Source: Octopus sinensis
Taxonomy: Eukaryota
Length of the DNA: 64,000 bases
NCBI RefSeq assembly: GCF_006345805.1
Contig: NC_043016.1
Span: 310,001 to 374,000, forward strand
Direction: 5' to 3'
A program made the position numbers and the translations under genes. Below are positions 40,131 to 51,990 of the stretch, piece by piece. The notes beneath the pieces are model-generated. The model searched no databases. It saw only the letters and a list, made by a program, of their open reading frames with translations, and was not told where the DNA came from. Each line of letters begins with the position of its first letter. The first letter of the stretch is position 1.

Positions 40131-40413
40131 GTTCAATTCTGCTGCTGAGATTGACTCCTTTCATCTTTTTTTTGGGGGTGGGGGTGATAAATTAAGTACC
40201 AGTTAAACACTGGGGCTGCTATAATCGATGAGTCTTCTCCCTCTAAATTTCAGGCCTTGTGCCTTTAGAATGGATTATTATAATTTGGTAATTTCTACTG
40301 CATCACCTGCCCTACCTTTGTGTTGCTCAGGTGTGTGCAGCATTGAGTGTTCTCTTTTGTTGTTGTTGTTGTTGTTAGGTATTTAAAAGAAAATCAAGTA
40401 TTTTATTTATTTA

Positions 40414-40794
40414 CTAGCACTATGACCCTGCAATGCCAGGTCATAGTGCTAGTGCATGCATATACAGCTGCATGCGTGCACACATACACGCGAGTACTGT
40501 CCAAATCTCCAACCAATCACGTACAGCTAGCTGGCATTCAATTGACGTATCAGGTTTCAGGCATTTTGATTGGGATTTGGGTAGAAAATTCACAAAAAAG
40601 TCACTTCTATTGATTTTTAATGGCTTTGCAGGGTGACTGGGAAAATGTAAAGATGTGCACGACCACCCTTGGATGGTTTTGAATGACCATAGAAAGTGCG
40701 AGCCCTCTAACTGAAAAATTGTAGATTTGTATAAAGGACATATACACACACACACAGAGTCAGACAGACATCTTGTCGTTTTTATATATAGAGA
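40414..40794 (-). mobile_element. Non-autonomous Helitron, copy 3
   Basis: Reverse complement of the same family with both termini intact. Confidence 0.85.
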
Positions 40795-41092
40795 TTTCTT
40801 TTCATGATATAGCATTGTGACCGAGTAAATTGCAGTGAGAAATTATTTAAAAAACATGATCTGAATTGATTATTCAAACATTGTAGTTGGTAAGGAGTAT
40901 CAAAAAAAAAAAAAATCAGAGTAAATATTTATCCAATAAACAAACTTTGAGATTAGCTCAAATATATTTGTGACACATTTTAACTTCTAAAGTGATTTCA
41001 TTGCAGTTTACTGTGGTGGAAAAAATTCTCATTGATAGTAAATTTGTAAATACACAATTACTATCTCAGCAGTACCCTCCCTGGCTTATTAA

Positions 41093-41311
41093 TCCTTTCA
41101 TTACGAACTGAGTTGAAACTGGCTCTGGCTCTGTAGTACAAATGTCTTGTTTTCATAAGTTCTAAATTAAAATCTTCCACCAAACCTTAGTCACAATTTA
41201 TGTTCCTAACACTAGCTTAATGATTAAGTTATTTTACTAAATTCTTTGGTATATTTAAAATTAATTGAAAGAAACACAAAACATCTCAGCAGAAATACAG
41301 TAACAAAAGGG
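41093..41311. mobile_element. Second TTAA-flanked MITE family
   Basis: ttaa|tcctttcattac ... gtaacaaaaggg|ttaa; degenerate relatives in tandem at 31180-31633. Confidence 0.65.
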
Positions 41312-41377
41312 TTAAGCCTTCATAATTTTCTAGGGAGCCAAGTGGGAGGGGGGGATCCACTGAATTGATATCTTTTA

Positions 41378-41765
41378 TCTTTTACATGTTTCAGTCATTT
41401 GACTGTGGCCATGCTGGGGCACTGCCGTGAAGGGTTTTTAGTCAAAGAAATCGACCCTAGGACTTATTTTTTTTTAAAGCTTAGTATTTATTGTATTGAT
41501 CTCTTTTATCAAACTGCTAAGTTATGGGAGTGTAAACATGCCGACACTGGTTGTCAAGTGGTGATGAGGGAAGACAAACGCACACACACACACACTTATA
41601 AACAATAGGCTTCTTTCAGTTTCCATCTACCAAATCCCATCACAAGGCTTTGGTCAGCCTGTTGGTATAGTAGAAGATGCTTGACCAAGATGCCACACAG
41701 TGAGACTGAACATGGATCCATGTGGTTGAAAAGCAAGTTTCTTACCACACAGCTATGCCTGTGCC
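41378..41765 (-). mobile_element. SINE family B
   Basis: Diverged full-length reverse copy. Confidence 0.8.
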
Positions 41766-41799
41766 TATATATACATACATACATTCATATATATATATA

Positions 41800-42254
41800 T
41801 GTGCCAGTGGCACATAAAAGGCACCATTCGAGTGTAATCGTTACCAGCTTCGCCTTACTGGCACTTGTGCCCCGTGCTAGTAGGGTGCAAAGAGTACCCT
41901 CCGAGCGTGATCGTTGCCAGAGTGGCTAACTGGCTTCCATGCCGGTGGCATGTAGGAGGCACCATTCGAGTAGGATCGTTACCAGCATCGCCTTACTGGC
42001 ACTTGTGCCGTTGGCATGTGTAAAAAGATTCAAGTGAGGTCATTGCCAGTACCGCCTGACTGGCCCCCATGCTAGTGGCACATAAAAGCTACACTCCCAG
42101 TGTGGTTGGCGTTAGGAAGGGCATCCAGCTGTAGAAACTCTGCCAGATCAAGATTGGGGTCTGGTGCAGCCATCTGGTTCACCAGCCCTCAGTCAAACAG
42201 TCCAACCCATGCTAGCATGGAAAGCGGACGTTAAATAATGATGATGATGATGAT
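41800..42254 (+). mobile_element. Family C retroposon with an internal ~70-bp tandem duplication
   Basis: ggcaccattcgag..atcgttaccagc..cgccttactggcacttgtgcc occurs twice, then core and (GAT)n tail. Confidence 0.85.
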
Positions 42255-43989
42255 ATAATCCTTACTCATGTTCAGTTCACCACTGGATGAAGGCCTCAGT
42301 TTGTTCTTTCCACCAACCACGATCTGTTTTTCTCCTCCATGTTTGGATATCATCAAAGAATTTAACATAGTTTTCATTCCAGCTTCTGCATGGTCTTCAC
42401 TCCTTTTTTTTTTTTCTGGGATTGGTTGTTCAAACATGTTGAAAGATGAATGAATGATAAATGAAATTAATAAAAGATAAAAAAAAATACCTATCATAGG
42501 TATTTTCTCTCTTGTTCAACATAAGGTCAACCGACTTATTTACTTTTACATGTAAAACATAAGCAAACGAAAAAGCACTCAGCATATTTTTAAGATATTT
42601 CCACCTATATTCACACAGAAGTGATGGGAGCAGGTTTGAATTTTCCTGAGCCTTACAGTGTCTTTCATAGCATGTATACCTAACACGTTTCATGGATGAA
42701 TGAACAGAGACTACCAAAAAACCTCTTTGAAACAAAACTTTACGGTTGAACTGGTGTCAAAAATATAAAAAAAAAAGCAAAGAAAATATCCTCAAAAACT
42801 ACCAAATAAAAACCTGCCAGTTGTATATTCAGTTGCATTTTTACATTTTACATTTCCCATACAAATATTCTTTAATTTTCAGAACGTTCTTTGCAGAACA
42901 CGTGTGCATAGAAATGGAATATTTTCCTTTGAAATCAAGTTGCTCTCTATTGCTTTTCCATTGGTTTTCTGTTGCTAGAGCTCATTTATAAAAATAGGAA
43001 TTGATTTTTATAATATAAATATGCCTTGTTTTACATCACTTTTCTTTTCATTTTTGCTCTTTTCTTCTCGTTTCTTTTTCTCTTGGAGATTTACATTCTT
43101 GTCAAATAATTGACATCAGAATGCTTAGGAGGATGATACATTCTTCATTCTGTGCTTTTTTCTAAAAACTATTATAAGACTAAGCGGATTAGGGATTCGA
43201 TATGATGTTGTTAACTAGATGATTCAACGTTGCTTGTAGAATTCAAAGATGTCTTATTTTAAGTATTGATAAATTACAAAATATTTTGAAGAAATATACA
43301 TACATATTCTTTTATTTGTTTCAATCACTTGATTGCAGCCATACTGGAGCACCACCTTAAAAGGTTTTAGTCAAATGAATCGACCCCAGGACTTATTTTT
43401 TAAAGCCTAGTACTTATACTATCAGTCTTTTTTGCTGAAGCAGTCACAGAAAACAAACACAGACACAAAGACACACACATAGATATATACATATATACAC
43501 ACACACACATGCACACATATGCGCATGCACGCACGCACATATATAGATGTGAGTATATCTTTTGTCGTCTGGTTGTTTCAGTTATTGACCGGTGGCCATG
43601 CTGGAGTACTACCTTGATGCTTTTACTTGAGCAAATAGACTCCAGTACTTTTTTTTTAAAGTCTGGCATTTATTCTATCAGTCTTTTTGCTGAAGTTACT
43701 CACCAATACCTTGCAGTGGTGGGGGACAAAAACACATACATACATGTATATGTGTGTGTGGGTGTGTGTATAATTATATATAATAATATAGTGATATATA
43801 TATCATCATACATATTTATAATATATATTATATATATATATATTATATATAATATACATCATCATCAACATGTTTGAAAGAACAAAATCTTATTTTGTGC
43901 AAAATTGTATATTTTTATTATCATGACTTTAATATATTCCTTAATTCTGCAAAACAAATCTTATGTGTTTTTCATCTTTTCTCTTTCTG

Positions 43990-44158
43990 TATATATGTAT
44001 GTATATATATATATATATATATATATCTATATATATATATATATATTATATATATATATATATACATATAAATATACATATACATTCATATATACATATA
44101 TATATATATATAGATATATATATATATATATATATCTATATATATATATATATATAAA
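43990..44158. repeat. (TA)n microsatellite
   Basis: Read directly. Confidence 0.95.
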
Positions 44159-44948
44159 ATTAAGGATAAAATTACTTTAAAGATTCTATCAAGTGGCCAG
44201 TGTGAAATATATATTTATATATATACACACATACACATATTTTCCTTTCCCATTCCCACCCCCATTTTTTCCCTTTGCCTTTCTCTCCATTTTCCTCCCT
44301 TTCCTTTTCCCATTTTCCTTTCCCCATTGTCTGTCCCTTTTTACTTTCCCCTCTTTTTCCTTCTTCCTCTTTTTCTCTTCCAAGTTACTTGGCAAACCTC
44401 ACTAGCACTGGTAACACAAAAGGAAAAGCACTCAACACATTCTGTGAAAGGGTTTGGTATTAGGAGGGGGTGTGTGGTGCAGCTGTGTAGAAACCCTGCC
44501 AAAGGCTGACATCAGAGCTCGATGTGGCCCTGTGTGGCTCACTAGCTACTGTCAAACCATCCAACCCATGCCAGCTTGGAAGGCTGATGGTAATTGATAA
44601 TGGTGAACGATAATGATGATGATGATGATCAAACGACAAGCGGCGAAGCAACAAAAACAAAGAAAAAGGCAAACAGACTCACAGACAGACAGACAAACAG
44701 AAAATACTTTTGATGTTGTTGTTGTTGTTGTTTTTTTGTTTTTTTTTCTCTCTCTGCAATTCAGAAGCAGAAGCAAGAATATAAGATATTCATACACTCA
44801 GCTCTTCATAGATTCATGTTATATCAATAGTTCACAAATCAGTTGTTATTGATTAATAATTGAAAGTACTTATACTACCCAACAAAAGTAGTTTTGCCAG
44901 ATTTTTTTTATTTACTTATTTATTTTATTCATTCCTTCGTTTATTAGG

Positions 44949-44949
<1 letters not shown>

Positions 44950-45024
<75 letters not shown>

Positions 45025-45025
45025 A

Positions 45026-45070
<45 letters not shown>
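44950..45070. repeat. (TA)n(CA)n microsatellite
   Basis: Read directly. Confidence 0.95.
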
Positions 45071-45072
<2 letters not shown>

Positions 45073-45305
45073 GTATGTTAACATATGATGGTGTGTCTGT
45101 GTGTATGATGAGTGTGTGTGTGTGTGTGTATATATATTAGCACTGTATTGACCAGACTATCAGATGTTATACATCAATGATCACAATGCTCTTCCGATTC
45201 TTGATTGCACCCTTCTTTTCCATCTTGGTCCAAATTGTTTAACTAAATCATCTTCCAATCGTTGTGGAGACCTTCCAAGTAGCCTTTTCCAATCTCTCAG
45301 ATACC

Positions 45306-45720
45306 TATTGCTTTATTACCCACAAGGGGCTAAACATAGAGGGGACAAACAAGGACAGACATAGGTATTAAGCCAATTACATCGAGCCCAGTGCGTAACT
45401 GGTACTTAATTTATTGACCCCAAAAGGATGAAAGGCAAAGTCGACCTCAGTGGAATTTGAACTCAGAATGCAGTGGCAGACGAAATACCTATTTCTTTTC
45501 TACCCACAAGGGGCTAAACATAGAGGGGACAAACAAGGACAGACATAGGTATTAAGTCGATTACATCGACCCCAGTGCGTAACTGGTACTTAATTTATCG
45601 ACCCCGAAAGGATGAAAGGCAAAGCCGACCTCGGCAGAATTTGAACTCACAACGTAACGGCAGACGAAATACCACAAAGCATTTCGCCCAGCGTGCTAAC
45701 GTTTCTGCCAGCTCGCTGCC
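45306..45720 (-). mobile_element. SINE family A tandem dimer
   Basis: A full copy joined to a 5'-truncated copy at gaaata|ggtatttcgtc; flanks share caatctYtcagatacc. Confidence 0.88.
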
Positions 45721-46299
45721 TTTCAATCTTTCAGATACCACTTGACAACTGCATGGGTTCAGCTGCTTGCTATCTACGAACATTGTGACTTGTCTGACCC
45801 AGAAGGACTTGTACATTTGGTATTCTGTGATCACATTGTTTACTCCACTCCATTCTCAAATCATCTCATTTCAAATATGCTTGTGTAATGATATTAATGC
45901 CAACCACTTTGAGAATGAAATGGGTGCTTTTTACATGCCACTGGCACGGGCTAGCTTTCCTTTTCTTTGTTTCAGTCATTTGGTTGAACAAATCAACCCT
46001 AGGACTTATTCTTTTGTAAGCCTAGAACTTATTCTACCGGTTTCTTTTGCTGAACCGCTAAGGTATGGGGACGTAGACACACCAACATCGGTTGTCAAGT
46101 GACGGTGGGGGGACAAACACAGACACACAAACTTACATACATACATATATATATATATACATATATCACCATGATCACTGTGACCGAACAGGCTATCAGA
46201 TGTTGCTACACATCGCTGGTCACAATGTGCTTTCCATGGCCCTTTGCATTATAATACAAAAGGCTTTTGTATACATACTGATATATATATATATATATA

Positions 46300-46680
46300 C
46301 TAGATGTATCCGCCACGACCCATTGTGTCACAACCACTGCAAGTTGATAATGCTGATGCACAGTAGGAAAGGGAAAAATACTATTTTGAACTTTATGCAA
46401 TAAAATTCTTAAATAATACAGTTCTCTTGTCTTTGGTGTGACAACATAAACATGAGCAAGTGTTCTTCTTTGATAATGTTCAAATAGTCTTCAACTTTTT
46501 ACCTTGCTTTCTTCTTTGCCGTTTTTTGTTACTGCCATTCCAACTGTAATATATGGGTACTTCAGCATAAAGTAATGTTTTTGCAAAGTGATCATTGATG
46601 CACAATGAAAAGAATTCTGTCGTATGTTGTTCATTGACAGTCATATATATCCTCATTATTTCTGAGCAGTATTTTTTATT
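46300..46680 (-). mobile_element. Helitron Rep-helicase remnant (downstream part)
   Basis: TEFFSLCINDHFAKTLLYAEVPIYYSWNGSNKKRQRRKQG followed by RELYYLRILLHKVQ, characteristic Helitron inter-domain motifs. Confidence 0.85.
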
Positions 46681-47005
46681 CATCAACATCAAAAATCAAA
46701 ATCAAATAGAAATTGTAGTTGTAATACCCATGCTGGTGGCACGTAAAATGCACCATCTGAACGTGACCGATGCCAGCACCGCCTTGACCGGCATCTGTGC
46801 CAGTGGCATGTAAAAAGCACCCACTACACCCACGGAGTGGTTGGCATTAGGAAGGGCATCCAACTGTAGAAACACTGCCAGATCAGACTGGAGCCTGGTG
46901 CAGTCTCCTGGCTTCACAGACTCTGGTTGAACCGTCCAACCCGTGCTAGCATAGAAAGCGGACGTTTAACGATGATGATGATGATGACGATGATGGCGAC
47001 GACGA
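46681..47005 (+). mobile_element. Family C retroposon inserted in the Helitron remnant
   Basis: The Helitron reading frame resumes on both sides. Confidence 0.85.
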
Positions 47006-47330
47006 TTCTTTATTCATCAGGTAGATGGACTTGCAGTCTCACTATTGCAGATGTTCCCTTTCATGAATTGAAAATCCTAAAATGGATGCAACTGCTTCAG
47101 ATGGTCCGTATACCTACTCGTTAGATACTGACTAATTTCGTTATCATTGTTCATTTCAACAGCAGCTTAGTCATTTCCTTTCAGCATGTACTTGATGACA
47201 TATTTACTGAGGCAACGATTTCAATGTTGCAATGACATTTGAATGCTCTTAGAAAAAGTTTCATTATAAAATACAACTCATTTGTTGCTGTTTGTTTTCC
47301 CATTATTATGTGATTCAACTCCTTCCATCA
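47006..47330 (-). mobile_element. Helitron Rep remnant (upstream part), separated from 46300-46680 by a SINE
   Basis: Frameshifted RAFKCHCNIE..KYMLKGND..NEISQYLTSRY..PSEAV..ILGFSIHERE..IVRLQVHLPDE. Confidence 0.8.
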
Positions 47331-47699
47331 CAACTTTGTCCTTCATCTATAAAGAGATAATCTCTCTGTTTTTCTACCTTTTGATTAAGATGATAAAGAT
47401 AAGTATTGTATTTTAAATAAAATAGTAATTATGTACCTGTAATTCCAAAAATATCACATAAAAATTTCAGTCCATGGTACTCGAAAATTATATAAATGAT
47501 TAAGGGAAGAAAAAGGAAAGTAAGGAAAAAGCACAGAAAATGGTTAGCTGCGATGGCTCTTTGAAATGTCAACATTTTCAATTCCATTATTTTTCTTAAA
47601 GTTGGAAATGACTATTTTATTTGTAATCTTTATCATCTTCATCAAATGGTAGTAAAACAGGCAAACTTTTTAGTATAATATATATATATATATATATAT

Positions 47700-47986
47700 A
47701 TCACCGTGACCGACCATGCTATGAGATGTTGCTAAACATCGCTGGTCACAATGCACTTCACATTGTTTTACCCTTCAAATGATGCCACTCTGCTGGCTAA
47801 GTGAGCAGGCCAACAGAAGAAAGAGTGAGAGAAAGTTATAATAATAATAATGCACCCGCTGCCAGAGCCTCATGGAGCTTTGGGTATTTTTGCTCAATAA
47901 ACACTCACAACGCCTGGTCTGGGAATCGAAACCGCGATCATACAACCGTGAGTCTGCTGCCTTAACCACTGGGCCATTGCGCCTCC
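47700..47986 (-). mobile_element. SINE family D
   Basis: Full-length reverse copy with a small internal AAT insertion. Confidence 0.85.
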
Positions 47987-47998
47987 ACACACACACAC

Positions 47999-48035
<37 letters not shown>

Positions 48036-48046
48036 ATATATATATA

Positions 48047-48104
<58 letters not shown>

Positions 48105-48117
48105 TGTGTGTGGTGTG

Positions 48118-48160
<43 letters not shown>

Positions 48161-48166
48161 ATAATA
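47987..48166. repeat. (CA)n/(TA)n microsatellite
   Basis: Read directly. Confidence 0.95.
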
Positions 48167-48638
48167 TGTGAAATAGAAAGATGAATAATCTTGTAGTAGA
48201 TTAATCAAAAGTTTAACCGATACCTTAGTAGCAAAAATCACAGCAGTGAACATTATTCAATCGGATTTTGGTAATTTGTGCCTTTCGAAACACGTGTAGA
48301 ATGAAATAAAACGATTTCTGTTCAATCTGCGTTCAGCTCCATTTCTTCAATTCACCAATATATATATATATATATATATACATACACACACACACACATA
48401 AAAGCAAAGACTGAAATATGTGGTACCATTTTAATTCTGTGTTACATATGTTTCATTACAAGATGAGAAATAAATTTTATGAATATAGATATCAATATTG
48501 ATAACAATATGAATATAGTAAATTCATGATTGAAATATACATACATGTATAAAACTTGTAGGATATCTGCTAATTGTAAATCTTCTCGCTAGAATATGCA
48601 GATGCACTTTCCAATTGGCACAGCCTGAATTATGATCT

Positions 48639-48676
<38 letters not shown>

Positions 48677-48679
48677 TGC

Positions 48680-48710
<31 letters not shown>

Positions 48711-48856
48711 CATGTATGTATGTATATGTATGTATGTATGCATGTATTAAATGATGCAGGTATGGACATACGTTCAAAGCTAGGCAAAACAAAACTTTTT
48801 ATTCACAAAAAATAGTCACAAATGTTGTACCCAGTGGGACATATATATTTACCCAT

Positions 48857-49092
48857 AAATGCAGTGAGCTGGCAGAAACGTTAGCTTGCTGGGCGAAATG
48901 CATAGCCGTATTTCGTCTGCTGCTACATTCTGAGTTCAAATTCCGCCGAGGTTGACTTTGCCTTTCATCCTTTCGGGGTCAATAAATTAAGTACCAGTTA
49001 CGCACTGGGGTCGATATAATCAACTTAATCTGTTTGTCTGTCCTTGTTTGTCCCCTCTGTGTTTAGCCCCTTGTGGGTAGTAAAGAAGTATG
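48857..49092 (+). mobile_element. SINE family A
   Basis: 15-bp TSD tatatatttacccat. Confidence 0.9.
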
Positions 49093-49139
49093 TATATATT
49101 TACCCATTATTCATTTTATCATAAAATGAAAAACTTTAG

Positions 49140-49340
49140 GTTTTAGTTTATGAAAGTTTACAGGTTGATCATTATATTTATTGATAATATTTTTCATTAT
49201 TTACAACTTGAAATGACCACTCTTTGTTTTTACCATCGCCCTTAATCTTTTCTCAACAGAAGTGCATGACATTTTCATCACCTCTTTACCATTATCCTCA
49301 AGTTCCCTTTTGGATTCTCTTCACCCTCTATTGATAGCTT
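49140..49340 (-). mobile_element. Tc1/maT-like transposase 3' end remnant
   Basis: Reverse strand reads VEKRLRAMVKTKSGHFKL; similar to the 3' ends at 49600-49690 and 50430-50490. Confidence 0.55.
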
Positions 49341-49384
49341 CAGTGATTTTCCTGCTACGAACTGTCACTATATTTTTACTCAAG

Positions 49385-49800
49385 AAAGTACCCTGGCACC
49401 TACACCCAATTTAACAAAGGGTTGGTCCAAGAAACATATTTGTAGGGTTTTTTTACAAGTCCATTTGGCTTCCTTCAAGCCCTGTTATCAATCCTAGGAT
49501 TTTGCAATGTCGCCCATATTGGAAGTGGCAATATCATACTCAAATGTGTCAAGCCAAAAAGAAGCTCTTAAAATGTTGTGATCCATTTTGAATAAAAAAA
49601 AAGGTGGTGAAGAAGTGGAAAAATGTGGAAAAAGAGTAAGGGCTATGATGAAAGCAAAAGGTGACCATTTTGAATTGAAAATACATGTAAAATATTTGCG
49701 TTAAGTGTAACACTCAACCTGTACCTTTTCATAAACCATAACTTAGAACTATTATATGATTAAATGAATAACGAGAGAATGCATATACTGCACCTTGTGT
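49385..49800 (+). mobile_element. Tc1/maT (DD37D-like) transposase C-terminal remnant
   Basis: Broken frames give W.PSSPVINP.DFA and KRVRAMMKAKGDHFE. Confidence 0.7.
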
Positions 49801-49954
49801 AACGTTTTCAACTATTTTCATGAATAAGAATGTTTCAACTTTCGTCTGAATAATGGTTAAATGTTTATACAGCTCCCAATAAAGAACTGTGAGGTGATAA
49901 AACAGTTGAATGTTTGCAGAAAAAACTGTTCTTAATGTATGGAAAAAATTTCAG

Positions 49955-50310
49955 GAGTGAGGAGTGGCTGCGTGGCACCTTGGGCAAGTGTTTTCTACTA
50001 TAGCCTCGGGCCGACCAAAGCCTTGTGAATGGATTTGGTAGACGGAAACTGAAAGAAGCCCATTGTATATATGTGTATATATGTATATATATATATATAT
50101 ATATCTATATGGGTGTGTTTGTCCCCCCAACATCGCTTGACAACCGATGCTGGTGTGTTTACATCCCCGTAACTTAGCGGTTCGGCAAAAGAGACCGATA
50201 GAATAAGTACTAGGCCTACAAAGAATAAGTTCTGGGGTCGATTTGCTGGACTAAAGGTGATGCTCCAGCATGGCCACAATCACATGACTGAAGTAAAAGA
50301 GTAAAAGAGT
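49955..50310 (+). mobile_element. SINE family B (head partly deleted), ~470 bp upstream of the ERR exon
   Basis: Matches the body and tail of 32198-32600. Confidence 0.88.
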
Positions 50311-50314
50311 AAAT

Positions 50315-50590
50315 ACAAGCAACCTTGCCAAATCCAATTCCAGAAGAATCATTGAAGCCATCAATAAGAGTTTGAAGAGAAATTCACGAAGGAGCAAGAA
50401 GATGACGAAAGGGGTAGCAATGCAGCTGATAAAAGATTAAGAGTTAATAGTGAAAGCAAAGGGTGGCCATTTTGAATTGTAAATATATGTAAAATATTGT
50501 CACTAAATATAACAATCAATCTGTAAATTTTTCTTTAATCAAATCATAAAACATTTTACACTATGATAAGATGAGTAATCGGTAAGTATA
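50315..50590 (+). mobile_element. Tc1/maT-like transposase 3' end remnant
   Basis: KRLR..VKAKGGHFE motif; similar to 49600-49700. Confidence 0.55.
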
Positions 50591-50781
50591 TATGGCACTC
50601 CCAATACACTAATATACCCACCTATATATATATACAGGTATTTTGCCAGTCCTAGAAATTAAGTTGCGGTAGAGGAAATTCTGCATTGTCAATATACACA
50701 ATTACATATTCATACAGTTCTATACTCACCCATATATATTCTGAATATACATTTTTTTTCTTTTTGTTTTCCTACATTTAG

Positions 50782-50898
50782 GTAACATTGAATATTCCTG
50801 TCCAGCCAACAGTGACTGTGAAATAACAAAACGAAGGCGAAAAGCTTGCCAAGCATGCCGATTTCAAAAATGTTTAAGTGTAGGCATGCTACGAGAAG
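50782..50898 (+). CDS. ERR: Internal coding exon of estrogen-related receptor (NR3B): second C4 zinc finger/D-box of the DNA-binding domain
   Basis: Strong acceptor (tttttttctttttgttttcctacatttag) and donor (GAAG|gtatgt). The 117 nt are open in phase 1 and read (G)[38 protein letters not shown](G). The [15 protein letters not shown] and GML.EG motifs are ERR-like rather than ER-like, and exon length and phase match the conserved NR3 second-finger exon. Confidence 0.95.
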
Positions 50899-51789
50899 GT
50901 ATGTACCTGCTTTATTTTTATTTTTTTCCATAGAAATTATTAAATTTTACAAGTGAAAAAAATAAGAATGGAAACTAAAAATAAATAAATTATTGCATAA
51001 AATATAAAACAAAATATAGATTATTTTTTCATTAATTTTTTTCAATTCTGGATTCAGTTTGGATTTCTGTTTTCTGTGTCTACCTGCATGCTTGCCTGTC
51101 TCCCCACCTCTCTCTCCCTCTGCCTTTCTTGCTCTCTCCACCTTTCTTTCATCTCTGACTTTCTTTCATCAGTCAAGTCCCAGAAGTCATGACTATTTCG
51201 GGCAGTTACTCTTGAGGTGGTTCGATCTGGTTGTCCCCAACAAATCTAGGCTAAGAGCATTAGACCCCTTTGTAAGAAAGCTAGTGTATGTGTATGGCAA
51301 CAAAAACAAAATCAAAAACAAATAAGCAAAAAGCAGAAAACATGGTACATAATTACGAATACAAACAACAAGAAATAACAACAGGTGTCTTTCGACTGAG
51401 AATGAATCAAATTAAGCTGGCATGTATGAAGTGAAAGCCTAAAGGCAGGAAGATAGGAGATGAACACAAGAGGTGTTGATGGTCCGCAGTCAGGCCAAGA
51501 AAGAAAGATCATGGCTGGCCGGACACAGGTCACATGGAAGGAGGAGAGATGGGTAGGAGACAGTGGGATTAAAGGATTAGAAAAAAATTAGAGACAAAGA
51601 GAAAGGTATAGGGGAGATAAATGAGTGGGAAATAGTGAGAGTTAATGAAAGAGAGGGCCAAGAAATGTGAGAGATGGGGAGCAAGAAAAAGGAAGGTAAA
51701 TGAGAGGGGGAATAAACGACATACATACATACATACACATCATCATCATCGTTTAGCGTTCGCTTTCCATGCTAGCATATCTATATTTA

Positions 51790-51990
51790 TATGTAGGGAG
51801 AGTTTACGAAAAAACCAAAAGACAAAGACAGGTAGTGTACAAAACAAACAGATGTATTAGTATAACACTCAGGAATAGAAAAAGTCTTTTACGTTTCAAG
51901 CCTACGCTCTTCTACAGAAAGGGACACAGAAAAAAACAAGGAGAGAAAAAAATGTGTGTAGTGGCTAATGATCTATCATGGCGATGTATA
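51790..51990 (-). mobile_element. Same hammerhead-bearing repeat, copy 2
   Basis: Near-identical to 32868-33050. Confidence 0.6.

Noticed and set aside
42245-42430. Minus-strand open frame ending at a GTAAGG donor-like site
   Set aside because: Alternative frames (TWRRKTDRGWWKEQTEA) look like a decayed LINE 3' end next to a (GAT)n tail.
45735-45819. Apparent AG..GT exon reading YHLTTAWVQLLAIYEHCDLSDPEGLVHL
   Set aside because: The acceptor overlaps a SINE target duplication, and the sequence resembles the antisense LINE remnant at 22660-22740; not ERR-like.
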